Made by a program: the position numbers and the translations under genes
The notes under the pieces: model-generated
What the model saw: only the letters and a program-made list of their open reading frames with translations
Told to the model about the DNA's origin: nothing
Databases searched by the model: none
Part shown: piece after piece, positions 35,795 to 49,149 of the stretch
Position numbering within the stretch: position 1 is the first letter of the stretch
How the letters are laid out: every line of letters starts with the position of its first letter
Assembly: GCF_009834535.1 (NCBI RefSeq)
Contig: NC_045697.1
Location: forward strand, 13,766,001 to 13,830,000
Reading direction: 5' to 3'
DNA from: Camelus ferus
Lineage: Eukaryota
DNA: 64,000 bases

Positions 35795-37230
35795 GACATT
35801 GCAGCATCATTCACATTAGCCAAGATATGCAGACAAGATATGGATACAGTTAAAGAAGATGTGGTATATGTACATACAATGGACTATTATTCAGCAATGA
35901 AAAAAGAAGAAAATTATGCCATTTGTGACAATGCTCTGAGAGTGTTATGCTAAGTGAGAGAAGCCAGACACAGAAAGACAAATACTGTATAATATCACTT
36001 CTATATGGAATCTAAAATATTCAACTCATAAAAACAGAGTAGAACAGTGATTACCAGGGGCTGGGAGATGTGGAAAATTTGAGTAATGTTGGTTAAGGAT
36101 GCAAACTTGCAAGTAGAGGATAAGTAAGTTCTGGAAATCAAATGCCCAATATAGTGATAATAGTCAACAACATTGTATTATAAATTTCAAATTTGCTAAG
36201 AAGGTAATTTTTTTTTACTATACGGTCATTTACAATCTGTCAATTTCTTGTGAGCAGCACAATGTCCCAGTCATGCACATACACACATATATTCATTTTC
36301 AGACTCTTTTTCATTAAATGTCATCACAAGATATTGAATATAGTTCCCTGTGCTATACAGAAGAAACTTCTTTGGTTTTTTTTTTAATCTATTTTTTATA
36401 TATAGTGGTTATCATTTGCAAATCTCAAACTCCCAAATTTATCCCTTCTCACCCCCTTTCCCCAATAGCCATAAGATTGTTTACTATGTTTGCGAGTCTA
36501 TTTCTGTTTTGTAGATGAGTTCATAGTGTCTTTTTTTTTTTAGATTCCACATATAAGTGATATCATATGGTATTTTTCTTTCTTTCTGGCTTATTGCACT
36601 TAAAATGACATTCACTAGGTCCATCTATGTTGCTGCAAATGACATTATTTTATTTTTTATGGCTAAGTAGTATTCCACTGTATAAATATACCAGAACTTC
36701 TTTATCTAGTCATCTATCCATGGACATTTAGGTGGCTTTCATGTCTTGGCTATTGTATATAGTGCTGCTATGAACATTGGGGTGCATGTATCTTTTTGAA
36801 TTAGAGTTCCCTCTGGATATATACCCAGAAGTGGGATTGCTGGGTCATATGGTAAGTTTATTTTTAGTTTATTGAGGAATCTCCATACTGTTTTCTATAA
36901 TGGCTGCACCAAACTACATTCCCATCTGCCATATAGGAGGGTTCCCTTTTCTGCACACTCTCTCCAGCATTTATTGTTCATGGACTTTTGAATGATGGCC
37001 ATTCTGACTGGTGTGAGGTGATACCTCATTGCAGTTTTGATTTGCATTTAAGAGAATAGATCTTAATTGTTCTCACAACAGAGATAAATAATAATTAAGT
37101 GACATGGCAGAGGTGTTAGCAAATGCTAAGTTGGTAATAATATTGTAATATGTAAATGTGTCAAATCAATATGTTTTACACCTTAAGCTTACGCAATGTC
37201 ACATGTCCATTACATCACAACAAAAATTAA
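35795..37230 (+). mobile_element. L1MA-type 3' end interrupted by a younger antisense L1
   Basis: cattgcagcatcattcacattagccaagata ... atgctaagtgagagaagccagacacagaaagac ... aaatttgctaag [insert] taagagaatagatcttaattgttctcac ... ttacaccttaagcttacgc. Confidence 0.85.
36208..37048 (-). mobile_element. Lineage-specific 5'-truncated L1 (ORF2 C-terminal region plus 3' UTR)
   Basis: The minus strand translates to MQIKTAMRYHLTPVRMAII ... CWREC ... [14 protein letters not shown] with stops; its 3' UTR resembles the copies at 18540 and 32250. Confidence 0.95.
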
Positions 37231-38987
37231 TTTATTTCTTAAAAAGAAGGAAGACAGTTCAGAAGGGAAAGAGATGGAGAAAAGAAAGAGAGAAAAAGGA
37301 AGGGATGGATAAAAGAATGTTCATTTTCGGTCACCAAGACCAAGATGGTAAGGGAAGGAGAGGCATGGATGTGGATATTGAAGTCTTTCACACACAAGAT
37401 CACTTGATTTTTTGCAAAAGAACCTTCAAATATGTTTCTCCTTTTTTTCCCCACTTGCTTTGCCTATACATCTCTCTCTCTCTTGAAATCACCAGTTTCC
37501 AAAGTTCTGTCTATGAACCCCCCCTTATTAAACACTGTCAGGGTTGCACACTCTCTGTCTTCTTTTTCTATCCTTCCGACCAAGCTCTGTCACTTTATGA
37601 TGAGGAGAAATTTATGCCTTATATTTCCCATGTTATCTTCAAAACCTGGTTTGGCAATGAAAATGTGAAAAAAAATTGACTAATTTGAAGGTTTCAAGAC
37701 ATAGCAGGAAAAGACTGCTGACAAGCCTTTCGGAGTTGCAGCCACGTGTAAAACACTTCAGCTACTTCGGATTTCATGTTCCCCGTCCACCACTGCTGAA
37801 CTCCTGGAACTGAGGACAATTTTTCCTAATTTCCTATCCAATAGTCATAGCTGAGTCAAATCAAAAGTATAATACTCAGAGAAATTCATTTACATTTATC
37901 TCTTTCCATTTTTTTCTCTTCTGAACATCTTAGCCTAAATATATCGCTTTAGTCTGACATAAAGCTTATTTTGTTACTTAAGTTATTATATGAGATTGAG
38001 CTTTGCAGTTTGGTTTGCTAAACCTATGGTGGAAAACTAAACATTTCTGGGAAAAAATGGATAAGAATATCTTATATTTATTGAAGATAGCCAAGAAATT
38101 TATTTTTAATAACTGAACCACAGATGGGATGCCATCTGTCAGCATATGGCATTGGCTCTTAAAGCAATGTTTACATCTGGGGGATGTGACGCTTTCTTTG
38201 AGAGAACAAGAGGCATTATTGGACTAAACATGAAGAGAAGTGATTTTAGATTCATGAATATTGTAAGTTTGCTAAGGATAGAATCAGCATGTTTATATGC
38301 ATACAGTTTTCATACATTTGAGAGGATAAAAAGAAAGAAAATCTGTCCATTGAAATTCCATTATGATAATAGAAAATAATTGTAATTTTAAAATCATTGG
38401 GATGTTTTTCTCCCATGATAGACAAAACTGTTGGTATGAAGTGATCAGATCTCCAAATTTGAGGTTTTTAATACATCCAATTTGACTTGGTAAAGTCCAA
38501 TAAAAATACTAGTGTAGCATTTTAACTTCTTGAAATCCCAACTATCAGCTTTATTTTTTCAAAAGCAAGTACAAAAGGCATAATTTGTATTCCTTAAGTT
38601 TCTATAACTTCAAAAAAGTTATCTGGTATAATTTTTGTCTGTTTTGCTATGCATAAATATTCTTATTTTTAATCAACTTTGCATTTTGAAACATAATTAG
38701 ACATTTTTTATTATAAAAGCACTAAATTTATATATTTTAGATTACCTTGCATTTATAAAGGAGTTGTATTTTGCTTATTTTCATTTAATTCTGATCACAA
38801 ACAATTCAAATAAATTCTGATTAATACTAACTTTCTTCTGTTGTTAGTTCAAAACCAACTCAAAACAAATTTTACTTTTTATCCACCTAATACAACAACG
38901 GCTTGATATCTATGATATATGAATAATTATACAAATTGCAAAATTCCAGTGAATAGAGATTATCAGCAACTATTCAACAGTAATAAC

Positions 38988-39218
38988 AGTAATAATAATG
39001 ACAACTACTATTTTAGAGCGTTCTTTATGTAACAGATTAGAGGATTTGCAAGCATTCTCTTGAATCTTGAAAATAACCTTTCCGAATTATAATTTTCCTT
39101 TAGTGACAGTTGACACAATGGGTTTAATGAAGTTAAGTGATAGTTCTAAGGTCTCAGAACCTGTAATCAGCAGTAGCTGCTTTAAGACCCACATTCTTTC
39201 TACTGTACATCGCTGCTT
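38988..39218 (-). mobile_element. MIR SINE
   Basis: aataataatgacaactactattttagagcg ... gaagttaagtgatagttctaaggtctcagaacctgta ... tctttctactgtacatcgctgc. Confidence 0.7.
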
Positions 39219-39279
39219 CCCTGGATGAGAAAATACCATTGGTAGGCAAACATGAGATATTTATTGATGGTTGAAAGAG

Positions 39280-39500
39280 GTAAAAGACCAACCACGCTAG
39301 TGATTGTAATGCAAACTGAAATCACAGTGAAGTACCAGTTTCTACTGATCAAGCTGAATTTTTTAAAGTTTAGTTAATAGTCTTGTCAAAAATTAGAGAA
39401 ATGGCTGCAAATATTTCAGATCTGTTTGTGCATATGTAATGTATCTTGGAAATACCAATCAAGATCGCCAAAACGTTCATAATTTTTGATCCTACTCCAT
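39280..39500 (+). mobile_element. L1ME ORF2 3' fragment
   Basis: atgcaaactgaaatcacagtgaagtaccagtttc ... ttggaaataccaatcaaga ... ataatttttgatcc. Confidence 0.5.
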
Positions 39501-39754
39501 CTCCTGAAGCTTTTATTTTAATCTGGTAATTTAAAATATCAAGGAAGTTAAATTGAAGGAAACTCTCTCTGCAACAGGATGCATCTGGGAAGACAGAGAT
39601 GATAAGATAAATCATCTCCAGTACAAAGATGATAAAATCTTGTTATATAATACATATTTCACCACTTTCTTGATGTAAGACATGTTAAAAAGATGATTAT
39701 ATAAATATAACATAAAGCATGAGACATGATATTAAAGGCTTCCAAAAATTTTCT

Positions 39755-39910
39755 TTCTTAGGAAAATTCCTTACTCAGCTTTTGAAACTCAGTTTCCCCA
39801 TTTGTAAGATGGAGAAAGTAATAGAAACATCTCCATAATATTGACATGTATAAAAAATATTTAATATATTAAGATATTTAGATAATAAATGGTTAGTAAA
39901 TAGAACTTTT
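39755..39910 (+). mobile_element. MIR fragment
   Basis: ctcagtttccccatttgtaagatggagaaagtaatag ... ataaatggttag. Confidence 0.65.
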
Positions 39911-40834
39911 TATTATACAGAATTGATCATAGAAAATAATGGAAAATGTGATTTTGCTATGACAAAAGGCATTGCAACAATAAGTATGAGCAAGGAGGTA
40001 AAAAGGAAAGCTTTTATTTGTTCAGGAATGATTTTATGATGACTGTTTATATTCTTATCCTTAGATTTCCAATGGCATCTATAATTATAATTAGATTTTT
40101 TAAATAAAAATATTCTACTTCTAAAAAGTCACTCTGGAAAAAAAATATTTGGGAATAGGATGGTGACTGTCCAAAAGAGAAAAACTGAAAATCATTCATT
40201 TTTTTAACATATGGCTTTTGCTAGGAGGGTAAAATTGTGTTAGTGCAACAAAAACAAAAATCGTCCTTTCCATTAACTGTATGTTCAGACCAGAGTACTA
40301 AGTACCATACATTCAGTTCTTTCTTCAAAACGAAAGCCAAATATAGATACCAATTACTGTACCTCTTGATTGTTTTGAATCCAGAAAACTAATTTTATCT
40401 CCAAAAAATTATATTAAAAGTTATCTGGGGTATGGATATGGCTGTGTGAGTGTGCAGGCACTTACATCATCAAGGAGTTGGGAAGTAACTACACTGATAG
40501 TGCCAGAGATTTGCAAGTTGGCAATTAATGATTCTTCTTTCCCTACAAATGTCCTTAACCCACACCACAGAAAAATGGCAAGTACTTTTTCAATATCAAA
40601 TTTCCTTAAGACCTCTGAATAATTTCTCTCAATTAAGAGACAATAAATTTTCACTGCTCTGGGGTTGGCTACATCTGAGTCATGTAAAGACATTAGTTAA
40701 AAACAGAGACGACTCAGTTCCTTTTGCATCAGTCAGAGAATATATCCCAGGAATGTTTATTTCAAGGTGATTGTGATATGCGGGGCACACCTTGGTCTGA
40801 TCCATTTTCTGACTTTATGAGGTTATTTCCCTGT

Positions 40835-41235
40835 TTCCTTTGGGGTTCTGATGCAGGAAACAGAATCTATTCTAACCAGTTTGAACAGAAAGAGATTTAT
40901 TACCAGGTGTTGAATGACTTTCAAAATTCTTGGAAAGCAAAATCAGACGGGAGGAACAGCTCTCAAAGTGACAACAAATCCAGAGCAGCATCTGCAGGCG
41001 TCTCTGCCTCTCCTAACACCAGAGGCTGAACGAGCAGGAAGCTGTTAAGTCAAGACAGTAACAGGACAGCTTCCAGCCCTGGAACCACGCCGCCTCCACC
41101 GCCAAACACACAAGCAAGATGGATGCCCGCCACCCGCCCCTCTCTCCACTTCACCTGAGTTCTGTATTCAACACTTACATGCAATTGCACTGGGTTAGTG
41201 GATATATGGAACTTGCTGAAAATGCTTCTGAGGAA
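40835..41235 (-). mobile_element. Old MaLR LTR (MLT1J/L/M-like)
   Basis: ggttctgatgcaggaaacagaatctattctaaccagtttgaacagaaagagatttatt is a typical old MLT1 terminus. Confidence 0.55.
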
Positions 41236-42019
41236 ATTTTAGTTTTCTAGCCTCTTCAGTCCATGAAGGAACACTAGAAGGACGTTGAGAAAAAATAACG
41301 AGGTGTTCAAATAATGATACCAGCTGCAATCCCTAGCTTCTCTCGTCAAATCCAAATTTAATTGGCTTGAAACAAGATTATTCAGAAAATGATTAAATTT
41401 CATACCAGGAAGCTTTACCATTTTTTCTTTTTTTTCCCTGACTGATACCACTGTTCCCATGAAAATTAATTTCGCATTCCTCAGAATCATCACATCATTT
41501 AATCTGAAACTGCCTATCAATATATGTCACTTTCTACCATGTTCCATGGATATCAATAATTTTCCTTACTGTTACAGGGGAAAAAACCCTTCAGTACTGA
41601 TTTATTGCATATTTTCTAAATTTAGTGTAGTTCTTTGCAAGAGAAGGTTCTTGCTCTCAAATACCGATTTCTCCAAAAATAGACACAATCTTAATGTTCT
41701 TATTATTTACGCTGCTATGACTTTGAAAAATAAATGAATGAACAAATTTATGTTTTAACTTTGACTATTCTCAATGTTGTGAAGCATTACAACAATTATA
41801 TTTTAATGTATTTTTGTTATATAGAATTGTATTTTAATATAATTTAGAGATATTCAGATTTGATATGACACTTATGTGTGTCCTCTGCCAAACTTTACTA
41901 TCATAACATTGGATGCAAAGCCCAATAAAGGTCAACTTTGCAGTAGAAATGAGTTACTGCTTTTCCCAGAATAAGTGTCTCTTTCTTCCAAAAATACCAA
42001 GTCGTCACTTTCCTCTTGA

Positions 42020-44284
42020 GTCAGTTTATATTCCATGGACCACTGTTATAACCATCAACTTGAATGCACCCCACTAATCTCTACATTCTTAGTACCTTGA
42101 AAACCCCACTGCTGGATAAATACAACTTTCTACCCACTCTGTACCTACATTTTCCCAGTTGAAAGTGCCTGGAAGAGAACATGCAACTGTGCTGTTTGAT
42201 GTATTTATGACCCAACAAGACTCTTACAGACACCCAACAATACTGTGACATTTGCTGGGGCCAGTTATTGTCCCATTCTCCCAGTTGACAACTTCATACC
42301 TTTTTCTCTCCCCTAGCGCCTCCGGTCAATGTTGCCTCCTTCTCATTATCACTTAATGACTGGGAAACACATCAGCACAAATATTGAAGTAATAAGAACT
42401 TCCAGGCTCCCAACCAACATCTGCCCACTCACCTATATCTGTGCCCACGTATCCTACCTTGTCCTTTGTGCATATTACCGCAGAGAAACTATCGATGTTT
42501 TTTCTCCAAAGCCAACTTCTTGGATCTACCTCATTGCCTCCTGCCTCCTCAAGGACAATGCTCCATCAGTTTTTCCCCTGTCTGTGGAATCATCAAACTT
42601 TCCTTTTTTACTGGATTACTTCCATAAGCATAAAGCACATTATTTGGACTGTGTAAAAAGGCCCCTCGGATGACACTTCTTTTCTCTTCAACTACAACAA
42701 TTATCTATTTTTTACAAAAAAAAAACTTTAAAATATCATCTATATGCATTGTCAGAATCCCTCCCTCCCATTACTCCTTAAAATCCCTGCAAATGAGCTG
42801 TTACTTCTGCAGTTCTACTGAATCCTTTATTCATTTACTCATTCTACTCATCTATCACCTCGTCTTCATTACCTATGACCTGCATGTTGATAAGTCCGAC
42901 AGTCAGTTCTCCATCTTAATCTTACTGGACCTATCAGAAACATTTGGCCCACCCAAATCACTCCCACCCTCTGAATAACTTTTCTTTGTGTAGAGTCTTA
43001 GATACCACACTTTCTGGTTTCTCCTTCTGCCTACAAGCTAAACCTTCATACTGTCCTTTGTCAGTTCATTCTCATCCACTTGCCTTCTTATCGTCAGAGT
43101 TTCCAGCTCTCAGTTCTCATTCCTCTTCTTTCCCATCTATTTTCTCTAATTAAGAGGTCTTATGCAGTCTCCTGGCCTAACAGCTGTATGCAGACAAGGC
43201 ACCAACTTTTAACCCCACCCAGCAGTCTGCTTTGAAGTCTGCACTAATATATCCAGCAACCTACTCGATATCTCCAGTTGAATTGCTCACAGCATTTCAA
43301 AATTATCATTTCTAAAATTAGGTTCTTGATCTCCTCCCCAAGGCCTGCCTTTCCCACAGTTATTGCTCATCTTTGTAAAAAGATTGCTCAGTAAAAAGCA
43401 ATCTCTCTTTTTTTTCCCTCCAGTTGGTCAGGAAAAGAACCTTGGAACCAACCATAACTCCTATTTTTACTCACACACCTCATATCTGTCAGCAAGTCCT
43501 TGGGAGCTCAGCTTTCAAAATACATCCCGTATCAGGCCACTTTTCCACACCTCTACTGATAATACTCTAGACAAAGGTGTTATTTGTCAAGATGATCGCT
43601 TGCCTGGGTTATGTTAGTAGTCTCTCAATTGATCTATCTACTGCTTTATCCACCCACAGGCTATGATTTACACAATTGCAAGAATTATTCCTGCAAAACA
43701 CAAATCAAAGCATGTCATTCCTTTCACCCAAACCCTCCACACGCTCCCATCTCACTGAGAAAAAAACAACATCTTTATTTCAGCCTGTAAGACCCTATTT
43801 GTCTTTTTTCCACCAAATCTATATCATCTCCTATCTCTTTCTTTCCTGTTCACTCTGCTCCAGGCTCACAGGCTTCCTTTCTTTTTTTAAACCCAGCAAA
43901 CATGCTTCCAAGTCATGGCTTTGTTCTTTTATTCTGTCTGGATTGCTCTTCCTCACTCATCAGTGAATGGTTCCTCACTTCAGAACTCCTTGTGAGAGCA
44001 TCCTTTCCTGGCCACTTGAGTAAACAGCACATCTTCTGCCCAGCACCACAGGACTCTCTTTACCTCTTACCCAGCTCTATTTTCCTCAAAAATATTTATG
44101 TCTATCTGGTATATTGCAGATTTACTTATGTATGTGCTGATTAACTTATCCCTGTCTTCTCCAACTGAAACATAAGATTCAAGAGATCAAAGAGTCTCTT
44201 TGGTCCCTTCTGTTTCCCTAGCACCTAGAATAGATTCTAATCATAACAGGTATTCAGTAAATACTTGTGGAATGGATGGATGAA
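42020..44284 (+). mobile_element. Long L2 (L2a-like) relic including RT region and 3' tail
   Basis: ORF 42670..42978 contains ITYDLHVDKSDSQFSILILLDLSETF (L2 RT motif VTNDL..AKS.GQFSVLILLDLSAAFD); ends ccctagcacctagaata ... gtattcagtaaatacttgtggaatggatggatgaa. Confidence 0.9.
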
Positions 44285-44299
44285 CATTCTCGCAGTTTT

Positions 44300-44690
44300 C
44301 ATTTGGAATCAGTGCCTCCCATCTTCAGTCCTTGTAGATTGAGTGGGCACCTGGGAACCAACTGGGTCAGTTTAAGACCCTGGCCATAGTCGTTAGCTTA
44401 GCGGCAGATGTGTGACCTGAGCTAATTCAGTAAGAATAATCTGATGGTTGTGGTGGCTACTATAAAAGAGGGCCTTTCTTTCCCCTGGACTTGTGGATGA
44501 AGCTATGTAGACTTCAGCCACTGCTGCTGTGAGAGTCCACCTCCAGAAGCCTGAAAGAGAAGCTAACACAGGGACAAGAACTGAGTAAAACCAAGGACTG
44601 GAGATACATCCGGGACTGACGACATTGTTTGCAAGCACTGTACTCTTGGACTTCTCAGATACCAAACCACACAAATCGGTTTTTTTTAAT
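44300..44690 (+). mobile_element. Old MaLR LTR (MLT1K/J-like)
   Basis: ggccatagtcgttag ... atgtgtgacctgagctaattcag ... gagaagctaacacag ... gacattgtttg ... cttggacttctcagatac. Confidence 0.6.
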
Positions 44691-45329
44691 CACTTTCAGT
44701 AGAGAACATTATAACAGGTGTGCCTCACATTGGGTCAGGTAGTCTTTATATGTGCTTCCTTGATAACCTGTCATTTCTGTTTTCACAGCATTTTAAAAAC
44801 CTTAGATGTATCTTCCTCTTTACCTGTCAGTCTTTCTCCTCTATGTTGTATAAATCTTAAAAGAAAGCAATATAAATTACTCATTTTTTGTGTCCAGTGC
44901 CTAATCCAGTATATGGTCCATGGTAAACAGTCAATAAAAACCCGTGAAGTAGATGTGAAAACTACCCAACTGCTCCTAGATAGTATTCATGAAAAAAATT
45001 AATTGCATCCTTACAATGAATGTTTGTTTAAAAACATACCATGGAAAACGGTAAATTGCTGCATTCCTGTTCCTTTTCCCCAGCCACACACATAACTCAT
45101 TTCAGCTGCCTCCACATACAGGTGGGATAGTGGGAAGACAGAAAGATCATGGGCTCTGAAGTCACATGTGAAAAGTTTGCATCACTGCTCTACCAGAAGG
45201 CAAATAACAAGTGGACTATTTCAGAATTACTCATTGTAAGAGGGATGCACACATACCAGACTCTGTTCAGAGGCAAGCAGTGACTGTGGTGGCTCACTTT
45301 AACCATGTTCTATCAAAAAAAATGTATTC

Positions 45330-46330
45330 ATATGTTCATTAATTCAATAAATAGCTATTTACTGAGCTCATTCTGTGGAAAACACTATATGAGTCATGTT
45401 ATGAACTGAATTGTGTCCCCTCAAAATTTATATATTGAAGCCCTAACCCTCAATATCTCAGAACATAATTGAATTTGGAGATAATTATTTAAAGAGATAA
45501 TTAATTTAAATGAGACTTTTAGAGTGGGCCCTAAGTCAATATGACTGCTGTCCTTATAAGAAGAGGAAATTTCAACACAGAGAGAGACACTAGGGATGTG
45601 CAGACCCAAGGGAAAGATCACCTGAAGACACGAAGACAGTAGTCATTGCAGCCCAAGGAAAGATGCCTGAAGAAAAACAAAACTGTCAACACCTTGATCT
45701 TGGACTTCTAGCTTCAGAACTGCAAGAAATAAATTTCTGTTGTTTAAGCCATCTGGTCTGTGGTGCTTAGTTGACAAAGCTCAAGCAAACTAATACAGAA
45801 ACTGTACATAATGAATATATTACTAAGCTGAGAAAGCATGGACTTCACCCGTTGAAGTCTATAACCTATGTATCAAGAAATGTAAATACACAAACAACCA
45901 TACAATTGTATAATTACAAATCCAGAAAGAGCTAAGAGAGGAAAAATCCAGGAAGCTATGAGAGCACATATTAGGGAAACCTGACCTAGTCTGGGGAATT
46001 AGAACTGAGAAAACAACATTGTCGTTGAGAATTTTTAGATGACCAAGAGCTGACTAGATGAATTTGGTATCAGGGGCCACAGGAGGTAAAGGAACAACTT
46101 GTGGAAAAATAACACTTAGGATACATCCAGGTTCACAGGAGGAATTAAATAAAGGCATATATGAAAAACAGGGGGCAGGTTAAAAGCTAAGCTAGATTTG
46201 ATCGGTCAGATTAAGAGCAACCTAAGAGTAGCAGGAAGCCTTTTGTAAGGTACTGTCTGATGAAAGAATAATGGGTCTAGTTCTAGAGGTGAAGCTAAGA
46301 GCAGCTATTTTGATCTTCCAATGAGTTGAT
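45330..46330 (-). mobile_element. L2 relic interrupted by MLT1B
   Basis: ttcattaattcaataaatagctatttactgagc start; gggaaacctgacctagtctgggg; agagcagctattttg. Confidence 0.6.
45397..45797 (+). mobile_element. MLT1B-like MaLR solo LTR
   Basis: TG...CA termini; tgttatgaactgaattgtgtcccc ... gtccttataagaagagg ... caccttgatcttggacttctagc ... aataaatttctgttgtttaagcca ... caaactaataca. Confidence 0.9.
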
Positions 46331-46364
46331 ATGTATACTGACAGACTCACAATTTATGGCATAT

Positions 46365-46760
46365 TACTTCAAATACATTTGGCTGCAAGTAACAGAGACC
46401 ATGAAATTTATCATGTTACTCGTAACAGGAAACGCAGAGGTAGAGTGAGCTATAAGACTGACCAACCCAGTGGCTCAAAAATTTATCAGGGTAAAACGTT
46501 CATTCTAACACTCTGCTCTGTCATCTCCAGCATTGGTTTCATAATTAACTTGGCAAAAAGATGGCTGCTGACCTCACATTGTGTCCAGACCCCACGTACC
46601 TGTTCTTCCAGCCCTCTTAAAAATGATAAAATAATTCCCAGAAAACTCCCAGCAAACTTCTCCTTACATAGCAAAAGCCAGAGTTGAGTCACATGAACGT
46701 TGTTTACCCAAAGAGGAAGGTAGCATTATCATAATCGGCTCAGGCAAATCACTGAGGGTA
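46365..46760 (-). mobile_element. Old MaLR LTR (MLT1J/K-like)
   Basis: catttggctgcaagtaacagaga ... aagatggctgctg ... cccagcaaacttctccttacat ... gccagagttgagtcacatg. Confidence 0.65.
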
Positions 46761-47256
46761 GAATGGGTGATGGGTCCCCAGTACAATGATACTACCTGTG
46801 GGTGAAGTAAAAGTAAGCCTTAAGACTACCTTCCGTCCAAAATAGACATGGTGGAAAGTAAATGAAGGGACTTATGAAAAGGAGAGAGTTTAGTTTCTCC
46901 CTATCCTAGACAGGCTTCCACATACACCAATAACGTAAGAAAGTGGGGGTTGCATCGTCCCTACCATTTGGAGGTCACAATGAAATGCACTCTGTCCTCC
47001 CTCATTTAACTGCATGTGAATCACAGCGAGTCTCAGTAAGCAACGGAACCCACTGAGTCTTCATCCTGTTGCTTCAAGATGATTTAGAGAAGAGACTTTC
47101 GACCCTTTCTTTGTGGGATTGTAGAGTACTGACAATTCAGGAAACAGCGTTGCCAAACCTTCAGGCACTTGGCTAACCAGCATAAGTAACGTGATAGATT
47201 AAAAATCAAATATATATTTGCAATTTGGACATTTTTGACAGAATTTTGGAATCAAA

Positions 47257-47642
47257 TGTTCTGGACTGAACTGTGTCCCCCCCAGAATTCCTATGTTGAA
47301 GCCCTAAAACCTAATGTGACTGTCTTTGAATATAGGGTCTTAATGGAAGTACTTACAGTTGAATGAGGTTAAAAAAAAAAGGTGGAGGACTAATTCAACA
47401 TGGCTGGTGCCTTTATAAGAAGAGGAAGAAACACCAGAACTGTCTCTTGCTTGGGACTCAGAGAGAATAAAATTCCTGTGAGGACACAGCAAGAAGCCAG
47501 GAAGGGAACCCTTAATAAAACCAAATTTGCCAGCTCTTTGACCATGAGTTTCTAGCCTCCGAACTGTGAGAAATATATGCTTGTTGTTTAAAATCACCCA
47601 ATCTATGCTATTTCCTTGTAACAGCCCACGTTGACTAATATA
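47257..47642 (+). mobile_element. MLT1A/B-like MaLR solo LTR
   Basis: tgttctggactgaactgtgtccccc ... atgttgaagccctaa ... ctttataagaagaggaag ... tagcctccgaactgtgagaaat ... gactaatata. Confidence 0.9.
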
Positions 47643-48669
47643 CCAATCTTCAAATGATTGAAGAATAATCAAGTTCATTCATCAGCTTTAAACCTCATGC
47701 CTACAGACTTCAGTTACTTTGGCAGATAAATTGACAACTAAAGAAAGTCTCATTATGAAATGACATTTGCCTGAAGGATTCCAAAGAGAGTGTCTTATGG
47801 TTCTCATGCGAAAATAAAGCATTTTACTCACTAGAGAAACATAAACAGGTTTATGTTATTTTTCAAAAGACTGTATTTGGCTGTATTGTTGTAATTGTGT
47901 CATTTTGTGGATAGAAAGGAAAAAGTGGATGAGATAAAACACATAAGTAGGTTATTAGAGAAATTCAATAAATAGGCAATTATGGGGAGTTTCACGTTTA
48001 ATGACGATATAGTAGACTAGGGAAGACTATTGCATGTATAGTAAAAAAAAAAAAGCCTAATAAAATATAAAAATTTTCTACAATGCTGTTGAAGAGCAGT
48101 TGATACAAAGAGCAATAATTAATTAATACCAAAGAAAGATGAAATCTTCATAGGTGGCCAAAGATGTGCAGATTCTTCCATGCCTAGAGACAAGTGCTGA
48201 TATGAGCACAAATGTGCAGAGGAGAGGCATGTCTCAGGCCGAGATTTTCCAAGGAGAAATCAGGTGAATTTTAAATAACAGCATGGGTGGCAAGATAGAT
48301 TGTTATCTGGAAAAGCCCCAAATGAAAAAAATACATATTTTATCTTGAAAATCCTCTCCCCTAGAAATTTTGATGAGGGAAGGGTGGGAAAATTGGCAGA
48401 ATCAGCAATGGAATCTAGCAACGGACGAAAAATAGTGTTTGTGTAATCTCATCATGCTCACATTCTAGGGCTTCTTGAAACATAATTCAAAAGTAAACCT
48501 AAACCAATCTAAGGCTAAAATTCAAACTACTCCCAGCTCAAATTCTGAAAATATCAAAGGATAACTTTTCTGAGGCTGCTGCCCTGAAAATTGGGAGTTA
48601 GGCTAAAGGGCAAACTACAGCCACCACAATCCCATTTGAAACCAGTGGTGAACAGGATCTAATGAAAAT

Positions 48670-49000
48670 TTTGGGGGTGGAGAGAGGCATAAGTAATCAG
48701 AGCAGAGAAAATTTTTAGAGCAGTGAAAAATACTCTGTATGATACTATAATGGTGGATACAAGTCATTATATATTTGGTCCATAGACTATACAACACTAA
48801 CCTTAGGTAAGTAGACTATGGACTTTGGGTGATAATGATGTGTCAGTGTGGATTTACCAGTTGTAACAAATGTACAAATCCGGTAGGAGATGTTAGTAAC
48901 AAAAGACATTATACATGTGTGGAGGTAAGGGATACATGGGAAACCTCTGTATCTTCCTCTCAATTTTGCTGTGTACCCAAAGTTGCTCTTAAAAAAAAAA
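48670..49000 (+). mobile_element. L1MC1-like 3' end with poly-A
   Basis: tttttagagcagtgaaaaatactctgtatgatactataatggtggatac ... ctatggactttgggtgataatgatgtgtc ... caattttgctgtg ... (A)n. Confidence 0.85.
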
Positions 49001-49149
49001 AAAGTTGTTTGTTTGTTTTTTTTCAAATTCAATTCAGTTCTTGTTGGGATCAGAGAGCAACCCCTCACCTTACATGTCTGATGAAAGAAAGGAATTGCAC
49101 ACTTTCAAAGTCTGAGATAAAGATATAACAATTTAATATACCTTATCCT

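Noticed and set aside
37158..37679. 173-aa ORF
   Set aside because: Starts inside an L1MA 3' UTR and runs through purine-rich low-complexity sequence; no recognisable homology.
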